Of a stretch of DNA of 64,000 nucleotides, positions 27,156 to 36,073 are shown in pieces (the stretch's first letter is position 1; each line of letters starts with the position of its first letter). The notes below the pieces were generated by a model. That model saw only the letters and a program-made list of their open reading frames with translations. It did not search any database and was not told the origin of the DNA. This DNA comes from an uncultured Chloroflexia bacterium (lineage in GTDB: Bacteria > Chloroflexota > Limnocylindria > Limnocylindrales > CSP1-4). The position numbers were made by a program, and so were the translations under genes. The stretch spans positions 55,295 through 119,294 of the forward strand of contig CAVVDC010000015.1 of the NCBI GenBank assembly GCA_963746855.1, read 5' to 3'.

Positions 27156-27488
27156 TCAGCCCGCGAATCCGAGGATGGCGCGCTGTCGTTCGGCGACCTC
27201 GTCGAACGCCTCGGGTCGGAGCCGGCAGACCGTCTCGCGACCGACTCGTCGGGTCTCGACGAGTCCCGCGACCCGGAGCCGCTTCAGGTGATGACTGACC
27301 AGGGGCTGGCTCAGTCCGATCTGGCTGATCAGGTCGGCGACCGAGGCCTCGCCCTCGGCCAATCGACGCACGATGCGGAGCCGGTTCACGTCCGCCAGGG
27401 CCTTGTGGAAGGCACGGAGGTCGCGCAGGTCATCGGGCTGCATGACGATCGAGGCGATCGTCGAGCGGATCCGGGCGGGGGTCGGCAC
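27156..27488 (-). CDS. ArsR/SmtB-family transcriptional regulator lacking the metal-sensing Cys motif
   Basis: wHTH LRAFHKALADVNRLRIVRRLAEGEASVADLISQIGLSQPLVSHHLKRLRVAGLV, with ASVADL where metal sensors have CVCDL. Start set at GTG 27488, 11 nt after AAGGAG (27500-27505). The track TTG start at 27536 lies inside the operator palindrome. Confidence 0.8.
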   Translation of the reverse strand: MPTPARIRSTIASIVMQPDDLRDLRAFHKALADVNRLRIVRRLAEGEASVADLISQIGLSQPLVSHHLKRLRVAGLVETRRVGRETVCRLRPEAFDEVAERQRAILGFAG

Positions 27489-27513
27489 GGCTGGGGAGTC
27501 TCCTTTGGGCGTT

Positions 27514-27575
27514 GCATCAACGACGGTTGATATCAACGGGCGTTGATGCTATTCGGGGCTGGCCACCGGTGTCAA
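27514..27575 (-). promoter_or_regulatory. Promoter plus palindromic operator upstream of the ArsR-led PI/PIM operon
   Basis: On the minus strand: TTGACA (27570-27575), an 18-nt spacer, then TAGCAT (27546-27551). The composite palindrome GCATCAACG-ACGG-TTGATATCAA-CGGG-CGTTGATGC (27514-27549) overlaps the -10 element and the start-site region. Confidence 0.6.
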
Positions 27576-27615
27576 GCCGGGGCCAGCCGCCGAATCGCCG
27601 ATCAGGACGCTCCCG

Positions 27616-30600
27616 CTATGGGAGCAGGTATCCCATGGCCTGTCTCATCACCAGGTCGCGGCTCGCCGCATCGGAGATGCCTTCGAACCCGAACCCCATG
27701 TAGAGCGTGTCGCCGGTCGCGATGACCGCGCCCTCCGGGAAGCCGGCCGAGGTCGTGCGGATGAAGTCATTCGCGTTCGACGCGCTTCCAGGCGGCTGGC
27801 CAGGGATCGTCCACCCATCAAGGCTCGTCTCGAACGAGGTCGAGCCGTCGGGGGCAACGATGTCGTCGACGAAGACCCCCAGGCCCTGGGTCGACCAGTC
27901 GCTGGCATACGCGATGGAGACCTCGATCTGCGAGCCCGCGTATGGGCCGAGATCGACCTCCCACTGCTCCCAGTTGCCCGAAGCCCCACTGGCCGCGTTC
28001 CAGTGCCCACTCGTGCCGGTCGGTGAGCACGTCCCGTCCGCTTCGAGCGTCTGGTAGTGGTCGAGGAACGGATGGAGGTCACGCCAGCCGGCGGGGCAGC
28101 TCTCGCCTGTGGCGGTGTCGGTGTGGCCATTCAGGTCAGGGAGGGTCGTCCAGTCCTCCGTACCGAGGGTGTGCGCCTCGACGAACATGAAGTCCCAGTC
28201 CTGCTCGGTGTCACGCGAGACCCAGAACGACATCGACCCGCCACCGGCGGGCACGTCGATCGTCCGCGTCAGGCGCTTGTAGGTGATGTCGGCGATCTGC
28301 GAGTAGACGTACTGCGATCCGGTGTGCGGCTCGAACGGGCCACCGGGACGATCGTAGCGGGCGACGCCGCTGCTCTCGAACTGCGGGTACTGATCGACGG
28401 GCAGCAGCCCACTCGTCGCGATGAACGACGCATCATGGTCCTGGTTGTCCGCGCTGTTCGGCCCGTTGAACGCCCAGGCCGAGCCGACGAATGGGTCGGC
28501 GACGCCCTTGACCCCGAATGGATCGCCCGTGTCCGGATCGAAGCCAGCGTTCTCGTTCACGAGCGAGGCGCCGAACCAGTACTGGAGCACATCGTTGACC
28601 GCATCGCCGGAGCCTGGCAGTGGGCGGCAGCGGGCGTTGATCTCGGGCAGCGAGCACTGCTTGTTCTCGAACGGGTCGTACAGCTGCGTGCCGTGGCCGG
28701 TCGCGTACTGGTGTCCGGCGTATTTGCCGGTGTACAGGAGCTTGCCGCCCTCGTTCAGGTAGTCGCGAACCTCGTACAGCTCGCGGAGGGCGAGGCGTGA
28801 CGCGTTTCCGGGGCCCCAACCCGGTTCGCGGGTGATGACGTCGTCTCCGGTGTACCAGACGACGGCGTCGTAGTGACTCAGGACGCCGAGTGCGTCCGGG
28901 GCCGTCCGGCCGTTGGCGTCGACGTCGTAGACGTCGTAGTCGATCCCGTTGTCGGCCAGCGCGTCCTCGTAGAACGACAGGTAGCTCGGCCCGGATGCCT
29001 GGACGGGCGACGCGCCCGTGTAGTCCTCGGCCGAGAGGATGAGGACCGGGTTGCCTGTCTCCGACACGGCCGTGTAGGTGAACGAGTCACTCGCCACGAG
29101 CGAAGATTGCGATCGGCCAAACCCCTTGCCGCCCGCCTCGAACCAGACCTGGACCTTGTCGTTGGGCCTGGTGCCCCGGATCTTGGCGCCGACCACGTGG
29201 TAGTACGTGCCCTTGCCGGGGCCATAGCGCTCGCCGCCGGTCCATTCGGTGGTCTTGGCGCTCTTGATCGTTCCGCCGTTGATCCGGTACTTGAGGGTGA
29301 CCTCACCGAGGCTGCGCTTCGCGAGGACGCGAACGACCTGTGGGTCGCCATACGACTTGTCGAACGTGAAATCGAACATCGCGAGCGCGCCGTTCTCCGG
29401 ATCGACCTCCGTCTGTGAGAGGTAGAAGGGTTTGACGGTGTTTCCGAGGTGCGATGTCGGGTTCGCCGGGTTCGTGGCCGATCGCGCGATGTCGAGGTCG
29501 AATGGGAGGGTCTTCTCGAACTCCGCCTGGATCAGGGCCTCGTCATCGGGAAACACGAATCCGCAGCCCTCACAACCCTCCTCGAGTTCCGGCGTGAGCG
29601 CGATCGAACCGGCGTGGACATCCGCGTAGTCGGTCGTCTCGCCGTTGGTCACGTAGAGCTCCTCGGCGGAGAGGCCCGGATCGAAGCCCGGGATCCCCGG
29701 GTTCGCATCGGTTCCGGCGAGCGCCGCGTAGATCGGATTGTCGGCGTCGGGTGTCCCGACCTGCCAGCCCTGCGGATAGAGGATCAGCGGACCATACGAG
29801 TGGTAGTTGACGAGGAACTTGGGCTTGACGCGGTCGATGAGGCCGGCCGCGGCCCTCGTCTCCGGCTCGGACTGCGCCGCCTTGCCGCGGTACGTGTCGC
29901 TCGAGAGCGCGCTGGATGAGCCCTCGTTGTCATAGTTCCAGTGCGCGTCGTAGTTGCGGTTCGGGTCGACCCCGTCGGAGCCCGTGATCTGGCCGTCGCC
30001 GTCGTTGTCGCGCAGGTTCCTGCGCCAGAGGCGCTCGTGATCGAAGGTGTACTGGTAGCCGTCCGGGTTGGCGCTGATGATGAACCACAGCTCGGTCGAC
30101 TTGAGCAGCTTGACGATCTCCGGGTTCCTCGCCTTGCGCTGATCGAGGAACCAGTGGAGGAGTCGCCGGTTGACCTCGACGGAGATCCATTCACGCGCGT
30201 GCTGATTGGACATGTACAGGACGGCCGGTCGCTTGCCGTCCTTGGTATCCCGGGCGTCGTCGGTGACCTTGAGGGCGATGATGTCGCGCCCCTGGAGCGT
30301 CCGGCCGATGACCTCGAGCTTCACGAAGTCGCGGAACTGCCTCGCGACCGCACGGAGCTCGTCGCGGATCCCGCCCGCCTCGTCCCATGAGCGGTAGACG
30401 TTGTAACCGGTGGCCGCCTGCGCCAGCGCGCGCTCGCGTGAGGTCCGGCCCTTGGCATCCCGGACGGCGCGGGTCTGGATCCCCTCCTCCTGGAGCGTCG
30501 TCCGTTCCGCCGGCGACAGGACGAGGGTGATCGTCACGGTCCCGTCCGCTTCGAGCTCCGTGTCCGTGATGTCGTAGCCGGCCTTGGTGAGCTCGGCAGC

Positions 30601-30726
30601 ACGCTCCGGGCTGACCTTCGCCGAGTACATGTCGAGCTGTCCGACCGGATGATCCTGGGCCGCCGCGGGGGCCACCATCGACAGGCTGAGGACGATCGCG
30701 AACGCGACCACACCGAGGGCCTTCAT
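27616..30726 (-). CDS. Secreted M14 zinc carboxypeptidase with ~600-aa C-terminal extension (InhA/M6-like jelly-roll region at the end)
   Basis: Signal peptide MKALGVVAFAIVLSLSMVAPAAAQ after GGAGGAG. M14 motifs SNQHAREW, ANPDGY, WRRNL, NRNY, HSYG. C-terminal SMSFWVSRDTEQDWDFMFVEAHT resembles the immune-inhibitor-A C-terminal domain. Confidence 0.85.
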   Translation of the reverse strand: MKALGVVAFAIVLSLSMVAPAAAQDHPVGQLDMYSAKVSPERAAELTKAGYDITDTELEADGTVTITLVLSPAERTTLQEEGIQTRAVRDAKGRTSRERALAQAATGYNVYRSWDEAGGIRDELRAVARQFRDFVKLEVIGRTLQGRDIIALKVTDDARDTKDGKRPAVLYMSNQHAREWISVEVNRRLLHWFLDQRKARNPEIVKLLKSTELWFIISANPDGYQYTFDHERLWRRNLRDNDGDGQITGSDGVDPNRNYDAHWNYDNEGSSSALSSDTYRGKAAQSEPETRAAAGLIDRVKPKFLVNYHSYGPLILYPQGWQVGTPDADNPIYAALAGTDANPGIPGFDPGLSAEELYVTNGETTDYADVHAGSIALTPELEEGCEGCGFVFPDDEALIQAEFEKTLPFDLDIARSATNPANPTSHLGNTVKPFYLSQTEVDPENGALAMFDFTFDKSYGDPQVVRVLAKRSLGEVTLKYRINGGTIKSAKTTEWTGGERYGPGKGTYYHVVGAKIRGTRPNDKVQVWFEAGGKGFGRSQSSLVASDSFTYTAVSETGNPVLILSAEDYTGASPVQASGPSYLSFYEDALADNGIDYDVYDVDANGRTAPDALGVLSHYDAVVWYTGDDVITREPGWGPGNASRLALRELYEVRDYLNEGGKLLYTGKYAGHQYATGHGTQLYDPFENKQCSLPEINARCRPLPGSGDAVNDVLQYWFGASLVNENAGFDPDTGDPFGVKGVADPFVGSAWAFNGPNSADNQDHDASFIATSGLLPVDQYPQFESSGVARYDRPGGPFEPHTGSQYVYSQIADITYKRLTRTIDVPAGGGSMSFWVSRDTEQDWDFMFVEAHTLGTEDWTTLPDLNGHTDTATGESCPAGWRDLHPFLDHYQTLEADGTCSPTGTSGHWNAASGASGNWEQWEVDLGPYAGSQIEVSIAYASDWSTQGLGVFVDDIVAPDGSTSFETSLDGWTIPGQPPGSASNANDFIRTTSAGFPEGAVIATGDTLYMGFGFEGISDAASRDLVMRQAMGYLLP

Positions 30727-30959
30727 GGACTCTCCTCCCATCCGCGACGTTCCCTCCGCCGCAGGCGAACGCGCACTCGCAGGGGTCGAATTCTAGCCCG
30801 GTCCGGGTGGTCGATGCGCGGCTCCGCCGACGCGAGCCATGTGTCGCCGCGGCGCGGGTGGGCTCGTCGACGAGCGCGTCAAGCACGGGCTGGGAACCGT
30901 CACCAGGGCACCGTACGCCCTCGAGAGCGCGAACCCGGCGCGCCGATACACTCCGCGCC

Positions 30960-32636
30960 ATGGATCGCCGCTCGGCGCTCGTGCTGCTCGTCGTGTTCGG
31001 GACCGGCGTGTTCCTGGCGGGCCTCGAGCTGATGATCACCGCGGTCGCGCTGCCATCGATCCTCGACGACCTGGCCGACGCGACCGGTGGCTCCGCCTGG
31101 ATCGAGCTTCGCAAGGCAAGCTGGATCATCAACGGCTACCTGCTCGTGTACATCCTCGTGATGCCCCTGGCGGGCCGCCTGACCGACCTGTGGGGCGCCC
31201 GTCGGCCGTTCATGGCCGCGCTGGGCATCTTCATCGTCGGGTCGTTGCTCGCGGGCCTCTCGCAGAGCCTCGACCAGCTCATCGCGGCGCGGCTCGTCCA
31301 GGCCCTCGGCGGGGGCGTCCTGGTCCCGGTGGGGACGGCCGCGGCCGCCCACCTCTACGACGGCCCGGATCGGCCGCGGGCCCTGGGCGTCATCGGGGCG
31401 CTGACGTTCCTGGGGATGGCCGCGGGGCCGTTCGTCGGGGCGGCGATCCTCTCGTCGGTCCACGCGGAGGATGCGCTGGCCGGCGCCGACCTCGGCGGAT
31501 CGTGGGCGGACCTGGTCTCACCCGCCTGGCGCTGGGTCTTCTTCGTGAACGTGCCGATCGGCCTGATCGCGCTCGTCCTGGGCTGGGCGGCATCGGCGGG
31601 CTGGGACACCCCCCGCCGTCCGGGACGCGTCGATATCGTCGGCGCGGTCCTGTTCGGATCGGCGTTGCTGACGGGTCTCGTGGGCCTGACCCTGATCGGC
31701 ACGACCGAGATCGCGGGCAGTGCCGTCGAGCCGGCCGCAGTGACCGTCGCCCTCCTGGCCGGCTCGGTGGTCCTGACGGCCATCGTCGTCATCCGCGGCC
31801 TGCGCGTCCACGATCCATTCCTGGATCCACGACTGTTCCGGATCCCGGTGTTCTCGGCCGCGGCGCTCGTGTCGTTGCTCACCGGCTACGCGTTCGCGAC
31901 CGCGATCATCGGTGGCGCGGTCTTCGTCGATCGCGTCCTGTACGGCGGGCCGGACGACCAGCGCCTGGCGCTCGGTGCCCTGGCCGGCGCGACGGCGCTC
32001 GGGGCGCTGCTCTCCGGCCTGGCGCTCCGGGCCATGTCCCTGCGCCTGGTCACCCTGATCGGGCTCACCCTCAGCGTCGTGGGTCTCGTGGCCATGGCGA
32101 TGTGGCAGCCGGAGACGACGATCGCGATCGTGGCGCTCACGCTCGGCACCTTCGGATTGGGCTTCGGGCTGACGGTCACGCCCCGGTCGACGGCGGCGGT
32201 GGAGGCCGCGGGACGGCGCGCGTTCGGCGCCGCGTCGTCGGTCGTCACCGTCGCGCGGATGATCGGGATGGCGGTCGGCCTGGCGATCCTCACCGCCTAC
32301 GGCTCGACGACCATCGACCGGTTGGCGAAGGACGTCTACGCGACGCCCGAGGCGTACCTCGCCCTCATCCCGGAGTCCCTTCGCGATCGCCCGTTGCGGG
32401 ACCCGCTGGTCGTCGACGCGCTCGAGGAGTGGGCGTCGCGGGAGGCCGCCCGGATCATGGTCGGACTGTTCATCGTGGCCGCCGGCGTGAGCCTCCTCGC
32501 GATCCCGCCGTCACTCGTGCTGGGGAGCCGGCCGCGTATGCTGGCAGGCGTCGAGGCCGACCCTGACGCGGCCATCGCCGTCGGAGGCGCCGATCCAGAT
32601 GGCAGCCAAGCGACCGAGCCGGGGATCGCGCTCTGA
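30960..32636 (+). CDS. MFS transporter, DHA2/EmrB-like (14-TM type)
   Basis: FLAGLELMITAVALPSI...GYLLVYILVMPLAGRLTDLWGARRPF...ARLVQALGGG. Start trimmed to ATG 30960. Confidence 0.85.
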   Translation: MDRRSALVLLVVFGTGVFLAGLELMITAVALPSILDDLADATGGSAWIELRKASWIINGYLLVYILVMPLAGRLTDLWGARRPFMAALGIFIVGSLLAGLSQSLDQLIAARLVQALGGGVLVPVGTAAAAHLYDGPDRPRALGVIGALTFLGMAAGPFVGAAILSSVHAEDALAGADLGGSWADLVSPAWRWVFFVNVPIGLIALVLGWAASAGWDTPRRPGRVDIVGAVLFGSALLTGLVGLTLIGTTEIAGSAVEPAAVTVALLAGSVVLTAIVVIRGLRVHDPFLDPRLFRIPVFSAAALVSLLTGYAFATAIIGGAVFVDRVLYGGPDDQRLALGALAGATALGALLSGLALRAMSLRLVTLIGLTLSVVGLVAMAMWQPETTIAIVALTLGTFGLGFGLTVTPRSTAAVEAAGRRAFGAASSVVTVARMIGMAVGLAILTAYGSTTIDRLAKDVYATPEAYLALIPESLRDRPLRDPLVVDALEEWASREAARIMVGLFIVAAGVSLLAIPPSLVLGSRPRMLAGVEADPDAAIAVGGADPDGSQATEPGIAL

Positions 32637-33696
32637 CAAGACGGTGACGGGTCCCGCGGCCGTCGTGACGCCGATCGGCGAACCGGTCTCGCCCCGCCGT
32701 CGGGGCGCCACGGCCACGGGCGGCCCCGGGACCCTCACGGTCGTGGCCGTCGTCGAGGGCAAGACCCTTGAGACGACCGGCGACGAGGCGCTCCGACGCC
32801 TGCCGGGATTCCTCCGCCAGCCGAACGCGAGCGTCTGGGTCGACCTGTCAGGACCCTCGAACGAGCAGGTCGAGCAGGTCGGGGCGGCCCTCGGGCTTCA
32901 CCCGCTCGTCGTCGAGGACGTCCTCGAGGGCAATCAGCGGGCGAAGATCGAGATCACCGACGGCATCGTCCACATCGTCCTGTTCCACCTCGACTATGAC
33001 GCCATCCTGACGGCGGTCGAACTCGACATCGTGCTCGGCCCCGGGTTCCTCTTCACCGCCCACGATTCGAGCTGGGAGCCGCGGTCGACCCACCACCTGC
33101 GGTCCGGGGTCGGCCCGATCCTGGCGCACGGTCCGGACCATCTCCTGTGGGCCCTCGCCGACGACGTCGTGGACGGGTACTTCCCGTTCGCCGACCGGCT
33201 AGGGTTCGCCATCGACGAGATCCAGGACGAGGTCGTCCGGAGCGCCAAGCCGGAGACGCTCGAGGGCCTGTTTGCCCTGAAGCGCGAGCTCATCGAGGTC
33301 CGACGCTCGATCAGCCCGGTCCGGGAGATCTTCAACCAGCTCACGAATCGCGACATGCCCCTCATCGACGTGGACGAGATCGTCTACTTCCGCGACATCT
33401 ACGATCACGTCATCCGCCTGACCGACGAGCTCGACAACTACCGTGAGCTCGCGTCGGCCACGCTCGACGTCTACCTGACGACGATCAACAACAACCTTTC
33501 GGTGATCATGAAGCGGCTGACCGGGGTCACCGTCATCGTCGCCGGTGTCGGGGCGATCGCGGGGATCTTCGGCATGAGCGAGGCCGGAACGGCCCTCGCC
33601 GGGCAGCAGCTGCCGGGATTCTGGGCCGTCACCGCCCTGACGATCGCCGCCGCGGCCGCCGCGGCGGTCTTCCTCCGCAGGATCGGTTGGATCTAG
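32599..33696 (+). CDS. corA: CorA-family divalent cation transporter with GMS in place of the GMN motif
   Basis: Soluble N-terminal domain followed by two C-terminal TM helices. VTVIVAGVGAIAGIFGMSEAG aligns with the canonical YGMNF loop. The start is uncertain: the track start overlaps the MFS gene by 38 nt. Confidence 0.75.
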   Translation: MAAKRPSRGSRSDKTVTGPAAVVTPIGEPVSPRRRGATATGGPGTLTVVAVVEGKTLETTGDEALRRLPGFLRQPNASVWVDLSGPSNEQVEQVGAALGLHPLVVEDVLEGNQRAKIEITDGIVHIVLFHLDYDAILTAVELDIVLGPGFLFTAHDSSWEPRSTHHLRSGVGPILAHGPDHLLWALADDVVDGYFPFADRLGFAIDEIQDEVVRSAKPETLEGLFALKRELIEVRRSISPVREIFNQLTNRDMPLIDVDEIVYFRDIYDHVIRLTDELDNYRELASATLDVYLTTINNNLSVIMKRLTGVTVIVAGVGAIAGIFGMSEAGTALAGQQLPGFWAVTALTIAAAAAAAVFLRRIGWI

Positions 33697-33708
33697 CGGC
33701 TCGCAACG

Positions 33709-34413
33709 TCACCCACACTTGACGGGCTTGGGCTTCGGGTGGGCAGCCGCGTGGTCGGCCGCCTCCTGCGAGATCGGCCGGGCGATCACCTGGAGCTTGC
33801 CGGGCGTGCCCTTGGGACCCTCCGAGGTCTGGAGCCAGAGCTGTTCCTGCGTCGCGGCCAGGGCGTCGTCGAGGTTGAGCTGGTGCGGTCGAACCTCGAC
33901 GATCTCGTACAGGAACCGCTGGTCGTCGCTCGTCCAGACCTCGACGACCATGCCCAGCATCTTCTTGCCCTTCTTGGTCCGCGACGCCTCGAGGAGCGGC
34001 AGGAACATGCCTTCGCGGGCGTGGGCGTAGAGGTAGGTGGCGCGGCCCTGGCCGGGCTGTCCGAGCGCGCCGATCCACATCGCGACGTCGCACAGCGGGT
34101 AGTCGTTGCTGTCGCCCGGCTTGACCACCGGCAGGTCGATCTTGAGGGCGGCGACCCGGACCCGGGTCGCGACCCGGTCGGCCGGGGCGCTCGGGCTTGT
34201 CGACGGCCCGACCGACGCGAGCGGCGGCAAGGTGATCCGCGGTGCCGGCGTCGCGATCGCCGTCCCGGTGCGGCTCGGACTCGTCGTCGGGATGGCCTCG
34301 GCGGTGACCGGCATCGTGTAGCTGAGCAGGCCCGCGGCCAGCAGCGTGACGCCGAGAGCGGTCAGGAGGGCGGGAACGAATCGGGAGCGAGCGCGCTCGG
34401 CCAGACCTGACAT
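33709..34413 (-). CDS. Membrane-anchored sortase-fold protein with Ser in place of the catalytic Cys
   Basis: N-terminal TM helix and a Pro/Ser/Thr linker. Sortase-like order of elements: VAALKIDLPVV, PGQGRATYLYAHAREGMFLPLL (His), VVEVWTSDDQRFLYEIVEV, LWLQTSEGP (where sortases have TLxTC), KLQVIARP (Arg). Confidence 0.55.
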   Translation of the reverse strand: MSGLAERARSRFVPALLTALGVTLLAAGLLSYTMPVTAEAIPTTSPSRTGTAIATPAPRITLPPLASVGPSTSPSAPADRVATRVRVAALKIDLPVVKPGDSNDYPLCDVAMWIGALGQPGQGRATYLYAHAREGMFLPLLEASRTKKGKKMLGMVVEVWTSDDQRFLYEIVEVRPHQLNLDDALAATQEQLWLQTSEGPKGTPGKLQVIARPISQEAADHAAAHPKPKPVKCG

Positions 34414-34481
34414 GGGACCGGCATCGTAGCAGTGGGCCCCTGGGGCCGCCGCCGACCGCTCGTACTGGTACGCTCCCGCCC

Positions 34482-35156
34482 ATGTGGCCTCGTCTGGCGA
34501 TCGTCGCCGGCCTCCTGACCGGCGTCGCCGCGGCGGCGCTCGTCCTCGGGGGGATCCTGTTCCTGGGCCCGGGGCCGGCGCCGGCGCCGGCGCCGGTGTT
34601 CACCCCCGCACCGTCCGCCCCTCCCCCGACCGCGACTGCGTCGGACGCGCTTGCGTCCCCGACCGCCCCGGTCGCCTCCGCCTCGCCGTCGCCGTCGCCG
34701 TCGGGTTCGGCCGGCGCGTTCCATATCGGCGAACCGGCCCCGGCCCTGGTGGTGCCCCGGGTCGGCGGCGGGACGATCGACCTCGCGAGCCTCAAGGGCC
34801 AGCCGGTCTGGGTGAACTTCATGGGCACGTACTGCCCGCCTTGCCAGGACGAGTTCCCACTGATGAACGGCTTCGCCGCCCGGTACGGTGACGACGGCCT
34901 CGTCATCCTCGCGATCGACGTCAAGGAGGACGAGGGCACGGTGGCGGCGTTCGCCAATGAACTGGACGCGACGTTCCCGCTCGGGCTCGACTCGGACGGT
35001 TCCGCCGCGGCCGCGTGGGACGCCGCGGTCCTGCCGGTCCATTTCTGGATCGACACCGACGGGATCATCCGCGACGGCGCCCTCGGCGGGATCGGCGCGG
35101 ACGTCATGGTGCGCGGCGTCCAGACGATCCTGCCCGGCGTCGAGGTCACGCCCTGA
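34482..35156 (+). CDS. TlpA/ResA-like membrane-anchored thiol:disulfide oxidoreductase
   Basis: N-terminal TM helix and Pro/Ala/Ser linker, then a thioredoxin fold with WVNFMGTYCPPCQDEFP (CxxC). Confidence 0.85.
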   Translation: MWPRLAIVAGLLTGVAAAALVLGGILFLGPGPAPAPAPVFTPAPSAPPPTATASDALASPTAPVASASPSPSPSGSAGAFHIGEPAPALVVPRVGGGTIDLASLKGQPVWVNFMGTYCPPCQDEFPLMNGFAARYGDDGLVILAIDVKEDEGTVAAFANELDATFPLGLDSDGSAAAAWDAAVLPVHFWIDTDGIIRDGALGGIGADVMVRGVQTILPGVEVTP

Positions 35157-35206
35157 GCCAGCCGGCGAGCGATCCGGCTGCGATCGGCGCGGCGCTCGAC
35201 CGGCTC

Positions 35207-36049
35207 GTGGCTGCGCCGGGGCCACTGCTGCTCATCGCCGACTTCGACGGCACGCTGGCCGCCGGCTCGCGCGACCCCGCGGCGGCGAGCATCGATCCCG
35301 GCGCTCGTCGGGCGCTGCGCCGGCTGGCCGGCATCGCGGCCGCGCGCCCGGGCCGGCTGCACGCCGCCATCCTGACGGGGCGCACGGTGCCAGACGTGGC
35401 GGCTCGGGCCCGGGTCGGGGGCATCGAGTATCTCGGCGACCACGGCCTGCAGTCCGCGTGGCTGGACCGGGGCCGGTCGGCGGACGCCATCGCCGCCGTC
35501 GTCGAGCCCGGCCTTGAGGCCCACGGCGTCACCGCCGAGGCGCTCGCATCGGGCGTCGCCGAGGAGCTCGGACGCCCGCCGTGGCTGTTCGTCGAGCGCA
35601 AGGGCGCTTCGGTCGCGTTCCACGTCCGCCAGGCGGACGACATCCCCGCGGCCCGGGCGGAGGTCTTCGTGGCGATCGCGGCGGTCGAGGACCGGCTCGG
35701 GCTCGTCGATCACGGCCTGCGACCCTATCGCGGCCGGTCCGTCGTGGACCTGCGACCCGGCGACGCGGGCGGCAAGCGCGAGGCGGTCGAGCGTCTCATC
35801 GCCCGTCATCGACCCGGCGCGGTCGTGTCGTTCGGCGACGACCTGAGCGACGCGGACGCCTTCGACGCCGTGCTGGCCGCGCGCGACGCGGGGCCCGTCG
35901 TCGGGCTGACCATCGCCGTCCACGGTCGCCTCGCGGCGCCGCCGGACGTGCTCGAACGAGCGGACCTGGTCGTCGGGTCGGCACGCGACGTCGGGCGGCT
36001 GCTCGCGCGGCTCGCCCGCCGGCTCGAGAGCGAGGGCCTCCGGGGCTGA
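35207..36049 (+). CDS. otsB: Trehalose-6-phosphate phosphatase-like HAD hydrolase
   Basis: HAD motif I LIADFDGTL, with LTGR and GKREAV..., and motif IV FGDDLSDADAF. The start is uncertain. I chose in-frame GTG 35207 just after the tlpA stop; the track start at 35015 overlaps tlpA with an Arg-rich sequence. Confidence 0.7.
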   Translation: MAAPGPLLLIADFDGTLAAGSRDPAAASIDPGARRALRRLAGIAAARPGRLHAAILTGRTVPDVAARARVGGIEYLGDHGLQSAWLDRGRSADAIAAVVEPGLEAHGVTAEALASGVAEELGRPPWLFVERKGASVAFHVRQADDIPAARAEVFVAIAAVEDRLGLVDHGLRPYRGRSVVDLRPGDAGGKREAVERLIARHRPGAVVSFGDDLSDADAFDAVLAARDAGPVVGLTIAVHGRLAAPPDVLERADLVVGSARDVGRLLARLARRLESEGLRG

Positions 36050-36073
36050 GGTGCGCTCCCGGGTCGGTGGAGG

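Noticed and set aside
33629-35923. 764-aa minus-strand ORF
   Set aside because: It runs antisense or out of frame through corA, the sortase-like gene, tlpA and otsB. Its composition is Arg/Pro/Gly-rich. It is a shadow ORF.
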